A stretch of DNA of 62,917 nucleotides, filler included, from Octopus bimaculoides (taxonomy: Eukaryota), in the NCBI RefSeq assembly GCF_001194135.2. It is 3 parts of 3 records of this genome, joined end to end, with 100 filler letters (N's around TTAATTAATTAA, not from the genome) between each part and the next. Parts side by side here need not be neighbours in the genome. Positions count along the whole stretch, not along the records: positions 1 to 17,869 come from NC_068992.1; 2 more parts are not named here. One strand, written 5' to 3'. The position numbers and the translations under genes are program-made. Below the pieces are notes generated by a model, which saw nothing but the letters and a program-made list of their open reading frames with translations, made no database searches and had not been told where the DNA came from. Of this stretch, positions 1 to 13,254 are shown piece by piece. Position 1 is the first letter of the stretch, and each line of letters opens with the position of its first letter.

Positions 1-42
<42 letters not shown>

Positions 43-110
43 TGTGCGCATGTGTGTGTGTGAGTATGTGAGTGAGCGAGTGTGTGTGTGAACGTGTGTG
101 AGTATGTGCT
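1..110. repeat. (TG)n microsatellite
   Basis: Near-pure TG dinucleotide run from the window start. Confidence 0.95.
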
Positions 111-699
111 TGATCAGAATTGACCCGGGATAAGACATAAAATTAGAAAACACCAATGCACTCCTCGACGAAGTGCCAATGACAGAAACCCTTGTGGTTG
201 ATCAAGTTGTGCTAGATATAGCAACCAAATTTCCTTAAAATTTATTCCTGTCTTCTTGCAAAAAGACATGATTCTAATGCGCTTGGTTGTAGGCCCCACT
301 TATCAGGGCCTCTTGATGTTTAACAACAGCATGGCCCTTATTTTTAATAAAGACCCAACAAGGTAACTAAGAACGTTTCCGTTTATATTAATTACTACAG
401 TAGACAAGTTATGATGAAGAGACAGTTGAAGTTCTGCAAAGTTCGACCATTGTATCGATCAGTAGCAACATATCGATTTAGAAAGATTTTAGGTTGCAAA
501 TCGATATTTTAAAAAATGTGTATGTGTCTACTCTTATATGTGTGTATGTGTATGTGTGTATGCGTGTGTATTATGTGTGTAGTTTGAGACAACAGGCGGA
601 AACGAGTGCAATCGATACTAATTGCACAGTTTATTTATTTGGAAGTAGCTGTTGATTCACTCGTCAGTTATTTCCAAATATCCATAAATGTACGCATAT

Positions 700-820
700 A
701 TGTATGTATGTTTGTATGTATGTTTGTATGTATGTATGCATGCATGTATGTATGTATGTATGTATGTATGTAGGTAGGTAGGTAGGTAGGTAGGTAGGTA
801 GGCAGGCAGGCATGTATGTA
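700..820. repeat. Compound (TATG)n-(TAGG)n-(CAGG)n microsatellite
   Basis: Tetranucleotide units read directly. Similar compound tracts lie at 1490-1740, 7465-7840 and 39008-39300. Confidence 0.9.
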
Positions 821-1536
821 TATCATTGTTCAGTCCTATTTGAAGATCTTTTTGTCAATAGAGAAAGAGCCGGTTTCTAACCTAGGTTCAAGACTCTTTC
901 ATTGGAATTTCAACATGAACAACAGGGTATTGTTGTTCATATGTATGAATGTATGCATGTATGTATGTATGTATGTATGTATGTATGTATGTATGTATAT
1001 GGGCAGATTTGTATGTTTTGCTTTATGTATGTATTCTCATGGAAGTATGTATNNNNNNNNNNNNNNNNNNNNNNNNNNNNNNNNNNNNNNNNNNNNNNNN
1101 NNNNNNNNNNNNNNNNNNNNNNNNNNNNNNNNNNNNNNNNNNNNNNNNNNNNNNNNNNNNNNNNNNNNNNNNNNNNNNNNNNNNNNNNNNNNNNNNNNNN
1201 NNNNNNNNNNNNNNNNNNNNNNNNNNNNNNNNNNNNNNNNNNNNNNNNNNNNNNNNNNNNNNNNNNNNNNNNNNNNNNNNNNNNNNNNNNNNNNNNNNNN
1301 NNNNNNNNNNNNNNNNNNNNNNNNNNNNNNNNNNNNNNNNNTAACTGCGGCTATATGAACAGGTATATGCAGTTAGTACATGTGCAAATCTGTGTGGTTT
1401 GTTAAATATATGTACACTCAAACATAAATTTGAATATCTAGGTATGTGCCTATATACTTATATAGCTTAACGTTTATTCATGTTTGTGTATATATGTATG
1501 TATGTATGTATGTACGTATATATGTATATATATATG

Positions 1537-1591
<55 letters not shown>

Positions 1592-1832
1592 ATGTATGTA
1601 TGTATGTATGTATGTATGTATGCTTGCATGTATGCGTGTATGTATGCATGTATGTATGTGTGCACGTATGTATGTATGTATGCCTGTATGTATGAATGTT
1701 TTTATGTATGTATATATGTATGCTAGTATATACATGTGTATGTTCGTATGTGAATGTTTGTAGGTTGATGACGGTGCAACAATAATTAAATAAAATGAGT
1801 TAAAGCACTCTATTGACATGTCTTTGATATGC

Positions 1833-1870
<38 letters not shown>

Positions 1871-1878
1871 AAACCTAG

Positions 1879-1956
1879 GAATAATGTACTGCTTTGATCT
1901 CATGGACCATTCTTGAATGACGGTTGTTATACACGTTGCTAGGCTACTATAACATG
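1879..1956 (+). other. Candidate non-coding (5'UTR-type) exon
   Basis: (CT)n tract plus cctag acceptor at 1877-1878; ATG|GTAAAT donor at 1957. All three frames are closed, and the exon ends in ATG. Confidence 0.25.
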
Positions 1957-2344
1957 GTAAATCACGACAAATGTTGCTAGGACCTCCTTCAATATTCTCT
2001 CTCTTTCAGTACAAGTTTTCATTTTCTTCTAGCTATGAACTAAGCAGTCAAAAAGCACATGGACGAGTACTTAAGATGCTGACTTTTTTTTTTGTTCTTT
2101 TTTTTTTACCATTTGGTCTTGGTTTCAATCTGACTGCGCAGCATTTTTGCTAAGTCTCATAGGCAAGTTACTGTGGTTCTATTCAGTGTGGTGAACAATA
2201 AAAAAAAATTCTATGTAATGTCTAATCCTTGGAGGAGCTCGTAAGGCCGATTAAGTAGTTTCCACGGCGTGTAAGTGACCGAGATCACAACATTCCCCCT
2301 GGGTGAGACGCAGGTCTGTTACGGAGTTCAAGGACAGCAATCTT

Positions 2345-2526
2345 AAAAGCAGGGTCGATGACAGTGACCCCAGCATTTGACTGGTATTTCATTTTATCAA
2401 CCTCGAAAGAAAGAAAGGCAAATTTGACCTCATCGTGATTTGAACTCAGAACGTAAAGAGCCGGAAGAAACGCCGTCGGCATATTGCCCGACGTGCTAAT
2501 GATTCTGCCAGCTCGCCGGCCCCTTA
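2345..2526 (-). mobile_element. tRNA-derived SINE, family A (MetaSINE-like core)
   Basis: Reverse complement carries the GGCGAGCTGGCAGAATC head, a GTTCAAAT B-box and a GCCTTTC..TCC..GGTCGATAAAAT..TACCAG core shared with >10 copies in the window. Confidence 0.8.
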
Positions 2527-3164
2527 AAGGACATACTGAAACAGTAGATAACAATGACTGGCAGCTCAACATAAAAGAAATAGCAACCAATTCTTCCTCA
2601 TATCGTATCCTACAGCCTCGAACCGTGAAGCAGAGGTTGATTAGCGTTTTTCTTAGCTCATTCAATAAAGAGGGGATGCTCACAACTAGAATGCCTTTGA
2701 TCATAAAACTGCTGGGTCAGGGCTGACCTCGGGTTAAGCAACGTCAAAAGCGAAAAAAATGCAATATCATAAAGGAAGAAGTATGACAATTTAGCAAGGA
2801 AACGAATATTAACAAAGAATATTCCAGCAAATATTCTTAATGAGAAAGACATCGGCTTAAATATGAACTTAGAGAGGCGTTTAAACATGGCGAAATATAA
2901 AACAGATGTGGTTTATAATAAGACAAGAAGTCATGTGGGCTGTGGTGGCGGGAGGGGGAATCATTAAAAGAGGAAAAAGGAAAAGATATGAAATAGAGCG
3001 TATTAAAAAAAGTAAATATATACGTATATATATATATGTATACACACACACACACACACACACACNNNNNNNNNNNNNNNNNNNNNNNNNNNNNNNNNNN
3101 NNNNNNNNNNNNNNNNNNNNNNNNNNNNNNNNNNNNNNNNNNNNNNNNNNNNNNNNNNNNNNNN

Positions 3165-3600
3165 NAATTCTACGAGGTATGGACTCGTACAAAGTTTGAA
3201 TTGTTTCCAAAAGGAATTTTTGCTAAAACAGTCTCCAGTTCTTGTAGTGATGATGGTGGAGGATATCGACTCTTTTCTTGTTTTTCTAAAATGCACCATA
3301 AATGTTCAATAATGTTGAGATCTTGGGACCGTAGTGGCCAGATAAGATGTTCAACTTCACTAGAATGTTCCTCGTGCCATTCAGTAACAACTTTAGCTGT
3401 GTGAATTATCATACTGAAAGATTGATTGCGTTTCCCTCCGGAAGCAGTTTCGCAACCATAGGATGAATTTGATCAGATGAAATGCTTAAATAGTCTTGAC
3501 TATTAATTCTGTCATGAAGGGAAACCATTGAACATTCTATAGCGATTAGCATCGACAGGATTCTTGATTTTCTGCTACTTTTGTGTCGTTGACACATTTA
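3165..3600 (-). mobile_element. Tc1-like transposase remnant
   Basis: Translates to WPLRSQDLNIIEHLW (Tc1 WPxxSPDLNPIEHLW motif) and MVSLHDRINSQDYLSISSDQIHPMV; frameshifted. Confidence 0.85.
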
Positions 3601-3727
3601 AAAGTGTATGCCTTTATAACTGACAGCATATCTAAGAGAGCTATCGCAAACAGCAGCCGTCCCAAAACACTTCCCTGAGGTACTCCAGTTACAATTAATG
3701 TCTCTTTGGAGAGGGCTTCATTGGCTA

Positions 3728-4024
3728 CTACGGCCTGGCTTCTGTTTTTAAGAACTCATGTAACCACTCTCCCAGTTTTCCAACTATGCCGAGTCTTCGT
3801 AGCTTGTGACATATCCTGTGATCAACCTTATCAAAGACCTTTGCAAAATCGTGATGCATCACATCCATGTTTGAGCGATTCATAAGTTGTTTCAACACCC
3901 AGCTGTAATGCTGCGGAAGCGGTTTAAGGCGGCTTCTTCCTGAGCGGAAGACACGCTGGGTGTCAAGAAGCAAATTTTTATCTTCTAGGAACGTGATCAG
4001 CCTCCCCCCAAAAATTCGCTCCAT
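3728..4024 (-). mobile_element. CR1-type LINE reverse transcriptase fragment
   Basis: TQRVFRSGRS...MDVMHHDFAKVFDKVDH...KLRRLGIVGKLGEWLHEFL matches the QxGFRxGRS / D-FAKAFDKVxH RT motifs. Confidence 0.9.
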
Positions 4025-4313
4025 GACTTTGTTGATGTGTGAGTTATTGAGAGAGGCCTATATTTTTCAGCATCTGCTCTGCTTCCTCCTGTATGAAAAA
4101 AATATATTATGCCCATATATACATATGTACCCACATACCACACACCCACACACACACATATATATGTATACACGTATATGTTTGTGTGTGTATATATGTA
4201 TATATATAGAACAAAACATATGTATATATATANNNNNNNNNNNNNNNNNNNNNNNNNNNNNNNNNNNNNNNNNNNNNNNNNNNNNNNNNNNNNNNNNNNN
4301 NNNNNNNNNNNNN

Positions 4314-4545
4314 TATATATATGGGAGAATATACGAAAAAACAACAACAGACGAGGACAGGTGGTGTAAATAACAAAAGGATGTATTAGTATGACGCTCG
4401 GGAATACGGAAAGTCTTTGACGTTTCGAGCTACGCTCTTCAACAGAAAGGATACGGAGACAAGGAGAAAAACACGGAGAAAAAAAATTGAATAGTGTCCA
4501 GTCAGCGGTCAATCATAATAATGGCTGATCATAACAATGGCTGAC
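4314..4545 (-). mobile_element. Penelope-like terminal repeat (family P1) with hammerhead-like motif at 4413-4449
   Basis: Nearly identical to 45726-45950; contains the reverse complement of CTTT-CTGTTGA-A-GAGC-GTA-GCTC-GAAA-CGTC-AAAG. Confidence 0.65.
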
Positions 4546-4764
4546 CGATATATATACATATATATATATATGTATGTATGTATGGTTATATGTGTGTGTA
4601 TTGATGTGTGTATGTGTGTGTGTGTGTGTGTGTGTGGTGGTGGACTTTCCTGTCGTAGATAACTTCTACAATTTTTTGCACAAATGTACCTGCACAAATG
4701 ACTTGCTTGTAGTTATGAAATGTTATGTCTGTGCGGTACCTTAGCCCACTCCCTACGTAAAATC

Positions 4765-4925
4765 GATTTTGCATTTACAGGTGCACGGTGTACCATCAGA
4801 TGTCGAAATGATCGCAGAGCAACGTGAGATGAAGTGCTTTGCTCAAGAACTTAACGCACCCTCGCTAACCAGTAATCGAACCTATGATCTCACGTCCGTA
4901 AATATAACACCCTAACCACTGGTCC
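4765..4925 (-). mobile_element. tRNA-derived SINE fragment
   Basis: Reverse complement shows a CAGTGGTTAGGG A-box, a GGTTCGATTAC B-box and TTCTTGAGCAAAGCACTT; related piece at ~13880-14040. Confidence 0.6.
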
Positions 4926-4934
4926 ATACATTTT

Positions 4935-5760
4935 TTTACCTTCTATTTCTCATTCCAACATGCCTAATCATAAATCTTTACACGCTTTTTTCTCTCTCCG
5001 TCTGTTTTCTCTCCTCATTCCTTTCTGTAAAAGAGCATAGGCTCGAAACGCCAAAGACTCTTCCATTTTTTCCTGAACGTCAAACGATGTAATACACATT
5101 GCTTGTTGTTCCTTCGCCTGTCGTCTTTCGTTTTTGTTTGTTTGTTTTTTCTTTTGTTCTTTTTTTCACAAATCAACACCATATCTAGTATACGGTCATG
5201 TGATCACCCCATTATGATCCGGACTGACTGAATCCCTCCTCTCCTTCATCGTCATCTTTTTTCCCTACATTCTTCGCCAACGTTTGCTACCTTTCCTAAA
5301 CCACTTTACCACGACCCGAGTAATTGATGGAACTTTATACTTCTCGGATTCTACCAACATGGACCTTACTGCACATTGTTGATTTGTATCAAACCAGTCA
5401 ACCGTGACTTTTCGATCTTTTTGAACATTTTGAAATTCTTGAATACTTCGTACATAACTAACTTTGCTACTTACTTTCCTTTCTTTATCTTCCATCTCTC
5501 ATTCTAACATGCCTGACTATCAATCTTCACACGTTTTTCAGTCTTCACACGTTTTTCAGTCTTCACACTTTTGTTCTTCTCCATCTGTTTTCTTTCCTCA
5601 TTCGTTTCTATAGAAGATCATAAGCTCGAAACGTCAAAGACACTTTCCATTTCCAGTTTTCCTGAGTGTCAAACTAATACACCTTGTCTGTTGTTCCTTC
5701 AAAAGTCTCTATCTTTTGTTTTTTGCTTTTTGGCTTTTGAACAATTTTGAACGATTTACA
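4935..5760 (+). mobile_element. Two tandem Penelope-like terminal repeats (family P1), degenerate
   Basis: Direct repeat of the CATGCCT...CTTT-CTG..GAAGAGC..GCTCGAAACG..AAAGAC block at ~4958-5170 and ~5508-5750. Confidence 0.6.
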
Positions 5761-6096
5761 TCTATGCATTATATATATATATATNNNNNNNNNNNNNNNN
5801 NNNNNNNNNNNNNNNNNNNNNNNNNNNNNNNNNNNNNNNNNNNNNNNNNNNNNNNNNNNNNNNNNNNNNNNNNNNNNNNNNNNNNNNNNNNNNNNNNNNN
5901 NNNNNNNNNNNNNNNNNNNNNNNNNNNNNNNNNNNNNNNNNNNNNNNNNNNNNNNNNNNNNNNNNNNNNNNNNNNNNNNNNNNNNNNNNNNNNNNNNNNN
6001 NNNNNNNNNNNNNNNNNNNNNNNNNNNNNNNNNNNNNNNNNNNNNNNNNNNNNNNNNNNNNNNNNNNNNNNNNNNNNNNNNNNNTATATATATAGT

Positions 6097-6416
6097 GAAG
6101 GCGCATGGCTCATGGTTAGATCATGAGGTTGTGAGTTCGATTCCTGGAACCCGGACTGCGTGTTGTTTTCTTGAGCAAGACACGTTATTTCAAGTTGCTC
6201 CAGTTCACTCAGCTGTAGAAATGAGTTGCGACGTCACAAATGCCAAGCTGTATCGGCCCCTTTGCCTTTCCCTTGGATAACACTGGTAGCGTGGAGAGGA
6301 GAGATTGGTATGCATGGGCGACAGCTGGTCTTCCACAAACAACCTTGCCCGGATTTGTGCCTTGGAAAGTAACTTTCTAGTGCAATCCCACGGTCATTTA
6401 TGACCGAAGGGGGTCT
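6097..6416 (+). mobile_element. tRNA-derived SINE with LINE-like tail
   Basis: GGCGCATGGCT head, GAGTTCGATTCC B-box, TTGAGCAAGACAC..CCAGTTCACTCAGCTGTA core; ends at a microsatellite. Confidence 0.7.
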
Positions 6417-6420
6417 CAGT

Positions 6421-6426
6421 ATATAT

Positions 6427-6481
<55 letters not shown>

Positions 6482-6590
6482 TACATACATACATATATGT
6501 ATGTATGTGTACATGTATATATGTATATGTATATACATGTATACATACATACTCATGTATGTATATGTATATATAAGTATGCATGTATGT
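6421..6590. repeat. (GATA)n plus (TA/TATG)n compound microsatellite
   Basis: Read directly; another long (GATA)n lies at ~16555-16635. Confidence 0.9.
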
Positions 6591-7076
6591 ATTCGTATAA
6601 AGTACTTTACACTACAGCGATCCTCTGGGAAAATAAAACGCATCATAAAATTTACAACATTGTTTTAGCTCAGTCTTTAAATATTTTCCTTCAGGCAACT
6701 GTTTTTATGTTATATATATGTGTGTGTGTGTGTTTATATATATATATATNNNNNNNNNNNNNNNNNNNNNNNNNNNNNNNNNNNNNNNNNNNNNNNNNNN
6801 NNNNNNNNNNNNNNNNNNNNNNNNNNNNNNNNNNNNNNNNNNNNNNNNNNNNNNNNNNNNNNNNNNNNNNNNNNNNNNNNNNNNNNNNNNNNNNNNNNNN
6901 NNNNNNNNNNNNNNNNNNNNNNNNNNNNNNNNNNNNNNNNNNNNNNNNNNNNNNNNNNNNNNNNNNNNNNNNNNNNNNNNNNNNNNNNNNNNNNNNNNNN
7001 NNNNNNNNNNNNNNNNNNNNNNNNNNNNNNNNNNNNNNNNNNNNNNNNNNNNNNNNNNNNNNNNNNNNNNNNNNNN

Positions 7077-7117
<41 letters not shown>

Positions 7118-7540
7118 ATACATATTATATATTCTATATATATGTGTGTGTATATATGCATGCATGTCTGTAAGTATGTATGTATGTGCGTATGTACTTA
7201 TGTATATGTTGATTGTTCTTTTCGACTGCATTTTCAAACAGATGTTCTATGGCCTATTTCGCTACGTGTATCTTGACTTCATCTCTCAGATAATTTTACA
7301 AACTACCCACTAGCTAATCAGATTTTAGAAACAACTACTTGTTTGCACCTTCCCCTCTGTCAGACACTCGCCACTCTTCTCCCCCAAAACACGACATTAC
7401 CAATCCCATATAAAAATCATTGACATCCTTAGGCAAAATGCGAAACGAAGCACAGACTGTTTTGTGTATGTATGTATGTATGTATGTATGTATGTAGGTA
7501 GGTAGGTAGGTAGGTAGGTATGGATCTATCTATCTATCTT

Positions 7541-7577
<37 letters not shown>

Positions 7578-8834
7578 GAATGTATGTCTGCATGCGTGAA
7601 TGTATGTATATTTGTATGTATGTTTGCATGGATGTATATATGTAGTTTTTTTTTAATGTTTGCAAGTATGTATTTATGAATGTATGTATGTACGTACGTA
7701 TGCATGTATGTATCTATATATATGTACGTATGTATGTATGAATGATGTGTGCATTCATATATGTATGTATGCATGAATGAATGTATTCATGCATATTCGT
7801 ATGTCAAGCATGCATGTATATATGTACGTATGTATGCATNNNNNNNNNNNNNNNNNNNNNNNNNNNNNNNNNNNNNNNNNNNNNNNNNNNNNNNNNNNNN
7901 NNNNNNNNNNNNNNNNNNNNNNNNNNNNNNNNNNNNNNNNNNNNNNNNNNNNNNNNNNNNNNNNNNNNNNNNNNNNNNNNNNNNNNNNNNNNNNNNNNNN
8001 NNNNNNNNNNNNNNNNNNNNNNNNNNNNNNNNNNNNNNNNNNNNNNNNNNNNNNNNNNNNNNNNNNNNNNNNNNNNNNNNNNNNNNNNNNNNNNNNNNNN
8101 NNNNNNNNNNNNNNNNNNNNNNNNNNNNNNNNNNNNNNNNNNNNNNNNNNNNNNNNNNNNNNNNNNNNNNNNNNNNNNNNNNNNNNNNNNNNNNNNNNNN
8201 NNNNNNNNNNNNNNNNNNNNNNNNNNNNNNNNNNNNNNNNNNNNNNNNNNNNNNNNNNNNNNNNNNNNNNNNNNNNNNNNNNNNNNNNNNNNNNNNNNNN
8301 NNNNNNNNNNNNNNNNNNNNNNNNNNNNNNNNNNNNNNNNNNNNNNNNNNNNNNNNNNNNNNNNNNNNNNNNNNNNNNNNNNNNNNNNNNNNNNNNNNNN
8401 NNNNNNNNNNNNNNNNNNNNNNNNNNNNNNNNNNNNNNNNNNNNNNNNNNNNNNNNNNNNNNNNNNNNNNNNNNNNNNNNNNNNNNNNNNNNNNNNNNNN
8501 NNNNNNNNNNNNNNNNNNNNNNNNNNNNNNNNNNNNNNNNNNNNNNNNNNNNNNNNNNNNNNNNNNNNNNNNNNNNNNNNNNNNNNNNNNNNNNNNNNNN
8601 NNNNNNNNNNNNNNNNNNNNNNNNNNNNNNNNNNNNNNNNNNNNNNNNNNNNNNNNNNNNNNNNNNNNNNNNNNNNNNNNNNNNNNNNNNNNNNNNNNNN
8701 NNNNNNNNNNNNNNNNNNNNNNNNNNNNNNNNNNNNNNNNNNNNNNNNNNNNNNNNNNNNNNNNNNNNNNNNNNNNNNNNNNNNNNNNNNNNNNNNNNNN
8801 NNNNNNNNNNNNNNNNNNNNNNNNNNNNNNNNNN

Positions 8835-8873
<39 letters not shown>

Positions 8874-9825
8874 TATATTTACTTATATAGATACAGACAT
8901 ACATACATACATATGCCAATTACATTATATGAAAACACATATCTATGCATGTGTTTCTAACTTTCTACTTCTATTTATGAATATACGTGTCTATGTGTTT
9001 GTGTATGTGTATATAAGGTAAAAAGCATTTTAAAAGACAGAGAACTCAATACAAGATATAGAGCGCAATGATTTTATTCAAAAGCTTTATTAGCTGTGTG
9101 TGTGTGTGTGTGTGTGTGCGTGCGCATGCGCGTGATTCTAAGCTTATGTCAAAGCGTTTGAATATAGTGTACAGTTTATAGTTTAAATAGTTAGTAATAG
9201 GAGTATTACAATGAATTGTCTTTGAAATGACCGTTGAAACCTGGTTAAAAATTGAAACTCATATGAGGTTAACCTCTTCCAACTCAATAACTTTCAGGTG
9301 TGTCTATGTGATCGACCTGCAAGAAATAGCAACCAAAATGTCTTCAGTTTAAATCTACTGTCTTAACTAGGAAGATCACAGTAGTGCGATGTAATCTTAG
9401 ATAGACTATTTGAAATAAAGACGGTGACGTCTTACCCTGGGTCTTATCCCAGGTCTAGGAAAACGGCATCTATAGCAACCGTGTTGGACTAACATGGATA
9501 TGTGTAGCCATTCCTCATGTCAGAGTCTGGTGGGAAATGATTCCCAAGAAACGTTTTAGGATATTCTTTACATTCTAATGGAATTTTCTGAAGAATTAAC
9601 GATGCATACAATTGAAGTTCATTTGATATTTAGGAGGAAAAAAGCATTAAACGAAAATAATATGTGATTTATAGAAATTGTTGGATTTGTAAGAGAGTCT
9701 ACTGCTCCAATATATCTGTCATCTTCAGGAGCAAGTCAGCCTGAAGAACTCCGTCCTTGGTGAAGCAATACCCTGGGGAACACTTCGCATGTATGTGTGT
9801 ATGAGTATGTGTGTATATATATACA

Positions 9826-9863
<38 letters not shown>

Positions 9864-10411
9864 CATATATANNNNNNNNNNNNNNNNNNNNNNNNNNNNN
9901 NNNNNNNNNNNNNNNNNNNNNNNNNNNNNNNNNNNNNNNNNNNNNNNNNNNNNNNNNNNNNNNNNNNNNNNNNNNNNNNNNNNNNNNNNNNNNNNNNNNN
10001 NNNNNNNNNNNNNNNNNNNNNNNNNNNNNNNNNNNNNNNNNNNNNNNNNNNNNNNNNNNNNNNNNNNNNNNNNNNNNNNNNNNNNNNNNNNNNNNNNNNN
10101 NNNNNNNNNNNNNNNNNNNNNNNNNNNNNNNNNNNNNNNNNNNNNNNNNNNNNNNNNNNNNNNNNNNNNNNNNNNNNNNNNNNNNNNNNNNNNNNNNNNN
10201 NNNNNNNNNNNNNNNNNNNNNNNNNNNNNNNNNNNNNNNNNNNNNNNNNNNNNNNNNNNNNNNNNNNNNNNNNNNNNNNNNNNNNNNNNNNNNNNNNNNN
10301 NNNNNNNNNNNNNNNNNNNNNNNNNNNNNNNNNNNNNNNNNNNNNNNNNNNNNNNNNNNNNNNNNNNNNNNNNNNNNNNNNNNNNNNNNNNNNNNNNNNN
10401 NNNNNNNNNNN

Positions 10412-10454
<43 letters not shown>

Positions 10455-10813
10455 TACATATGCATACGCGCGCGCGTGCACACATGTTCACGCATTCACT
10501 CGCTCACTCACATCGGAAACTCTTTATTAAATTACTTTTCCTATATTTTCCAGTGAGTTCCTTACACAATATTTTGAATAGTGATGACCCGGAGTTCTTC
10601 ATCCTTGTTCCTGAGTCCCCACAGTTTTATTTTTCCGGAACACGTGTGGAAGCATGATTAAAATGAACTTGATAGAAAGATAAAAATAGCGCATATAAGT
10701 GTGCTTTTATGATAAAGTGCGTGTGTGCGCATGCGTATATATGCGCATGCATATCTATGTGTATGCGTATGTATGTGCATGCGTATGTACGCGTACGCAT
10801 GTACGTATGCATG

Positions 10814-10930
10814 CTGAAGAGCGTAGGCTCGAAACGTAAGACTTTTTCATTTTCCCCGAGCGTCAATCTAATACACTTGCTTGTTGTTCATACACCTGTC
10901 TTCGTCTTTTGCTTTTCTCTCGATTTCAAC
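10814..10930 (+). mobile_element. 5'-truncated Penelope-like terminal repeat (family P1)
   Basis: CTGAAGAGCGTAGGCTCGAAACGTAAGAC followed by the same CCCGAGCGTCAA..TAATACAC..CACCTGTCTTCGTC tail as the other copies. Confidence 0.6.
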
Positions 10931-10948
10931 TATATATATATATATATC

Positions 10949-11388
10949 GTAAAATATAATTGCCATCTAAATGTGGCGGTCCCATAGAGGACGATGCTAT
11001 TGTTGTTTTTTAGCCCCAGGTGAACTTCTCCTCCAGCTGGTTAATGACACATTGTCTGTGTCCGATTTGTATTTGCGAGGGGAAATTCATCGTCCCCATC
11101 TCTAGCCTTACGTGATACACACAGATCCGGGTTTCTGGGTAGTAACCTGTCATCAGTATGCAATAATCACAAGGTAGTGATGAAAACTCATTCCGCACGC
11201 AAAATACTTTATGCTTTTTCAAGTGACAAACTGTCGCTGATCTCGAAAAAAGAGAAATAAGCAATATTAAATCTCTGGGCGTGAAGTAAACAGTAGTACA
11301 GAATCGTGAGATGTCCTCGCGGGGCTAAAAACAACAGTAGCATCGTTCGCTATGGGACCGCCACATTTAGTTGGCAATTATAGTTTAC
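10949..11388. mobile_element. MITE-like element with ~69-bp terminal inverted repeats
   Basis: 10949-11017 (GTAAAATATAATTGCCATCTAAATGTGGCGGTCCCATAG...AGCCCC) is the reverse complement of 11321-11388 with few mismatches; no ORF; TSD unclear. Confidence 0.75.
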
Positions 11389-11419
11389 TATTCCGTACTG
11401 CTACTGTTTTAGTGAATCG

Positions 11420-11815
11420 AAAAGGAGTGATGCTTAATCAGGACAATGCGCGACCCCACACTGCAAAGATCACATCACAGGAGATCGAAGAGCTTGGTTG
11501 AGAAATAATTCCTCATCTATCTTATTCTTCCGACCTTGCTCCTTCAGACTACCATTTGTTTCGTAGTTTACAGAATCGTTTGGGGGACATAACTTTCGCA
11601 AGCCAGTAAGAGGTCGAAACTGAAAATTCAGAGTTCTTCCCTTTGAAACGGAAAGAGTTTTACATGGAAGGGATTAAAAAGCTTGTAAATGGATGGAAGG
11701 AAGTCATAGATAATCAGGGAAAGTACATTGATGATTAACTTTCAATTTAATATAACATTTGATCACTTGTTTTCCTTATTCAAGATTCGGACAGAACTTA
11801 TGGGATGACCTGATA
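11420..11815 (+). mobile_element. Mariner 3' fragment with right TIR
   Basis: QDNARPHTAK...HLSYSSDLAPSDYHLFRSLQN...GIKKLVNGWKEVIDNQGKY with internal stops; TIR GACAGAACTTATGGGATGACCTGA followed by TA. Confidence 0.9.
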
Positions 11816-12080
11816 TATANNNNNNNNNNNNNNNNNNNNNNNNNNNNNNNNNNNNNNNNNNNNNNNNNNNNNNNNNNNNNNNNNNNNNNNNNNNNNNNNN
11901 NNNNNNNNNNNNNNNNNNNNNNNNNNNNNNNNNNNNNNNNNNNNNNNNNNNNNNNNNNNNNNNNNNNNNNNNNNNNNNNNNNNNNNNNNNNNNNNNNNNN
12001 NNNNNNNNNNNNNNNNNNNNNNNNNNNNNNNNNNNNNNNNNNNNNNNNNNNNNNNNNNNNNNNNNNNNNNNNNNNNNNNN

Positions 12081-12116
<36 letters not shown>

Positions 12117-12187
12117 GCACATATATATGTGTGTGTACTATGCATGTATGTATATGTGCATTTGTGTGTGTATATGTGTGTGTGTGT

Positions 12188-12230
<43 letters not shown>

Positions 12231-13254
12231 CTGGACTACTTTACAGTGAGTGACCTTGCCAGAAACACGGCACAGTTGCGATGGCTACATACCTATTATA
12301 GACACTCCGAGACGGCAGTCTGATACCCTGTATTATACCCAGGTCTCTTAATATCCTAATTACCCGGTTATCCACGACCCCCTATAGAAATGAATGAATA
12401 AGTATATCATATGAGGAATTATCTATCATATCACGGTTCAAATCCCATCTAGCTCTACGTGTGTGCGTGTTTGTTTGTGTGTATGTGTGTATGTGTGCGT
12501 GCGTGCGTGCCTGCGTGTGTGACAATCATGGCGATTGCTAAAATATATTGTACAGAATATTAATGAAAGCAGCAACTCAAGCGTGACATGACGCAAATGA
12601 TTTGGCTGGGTATTGGTCTGTGACTCGAGTAGCTTTTGATCACAGATTTACTACGGACCTTTGAAATGAGTAGCAGTAAAACCAGAATTTAAGGAAATTC
12701 CTAACGTTCTTCGCTGGCACGAACTGTTCAGCGAAGTTTGCATTTTATGGTGGGATAAAAAATTTTAATGCTTTGCGCTAAGCTTTTGATCAAAGGCGGG
12801 AGAATGCTTCGCTCTCTTTTAACTATCATTGTCCTTTGCGTTAAACCCCAACAACTTTCGCCTCTCCATATTATAAAACTCACACTACATAACGAGAGAA
12901 ACTGGTCGTACGACCTGATAGAAACAGCCATTTTAGCGAGGTGGCTAGTTATAATTTCTTCGTTGACTGTTTTACAATGTTGCTTAGAATGTGTAGCGAC
13001 AATGGCGATACTAAAATTTAGTTGAGTTTTCAGATATTTTATTATTAATCAGCTTCGTTTATACTTACAAATGTACATACAAGTAAATTAATGCGGCAAA
13101 GTTCATAGAGAATCGAATGTAGCAGTTAGAAATCTTCTGCAATACGACATGCAAGGAAATATTACGCAAGTAGTGCATTGTCATAGAAGACGAAATAAAC
13201 AGAAAGAATATTATGTCAGTCGGTACTGTTTAGTTAAGTCATATTCGTGGAGGT

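Noticed and set aside
9423-9474. LIPGLGKR (neuropeptide-like) on +, IDAVFLDL (RT-like) on -
   Set aside because: Very short, bounded by stops, and no supporting context.
12768-13025. 85-aa ORF with a signal-peptide-like start
   Set aside because: TTG start, no recognisable domain, and the splice phase does not match the neighbouring exon.
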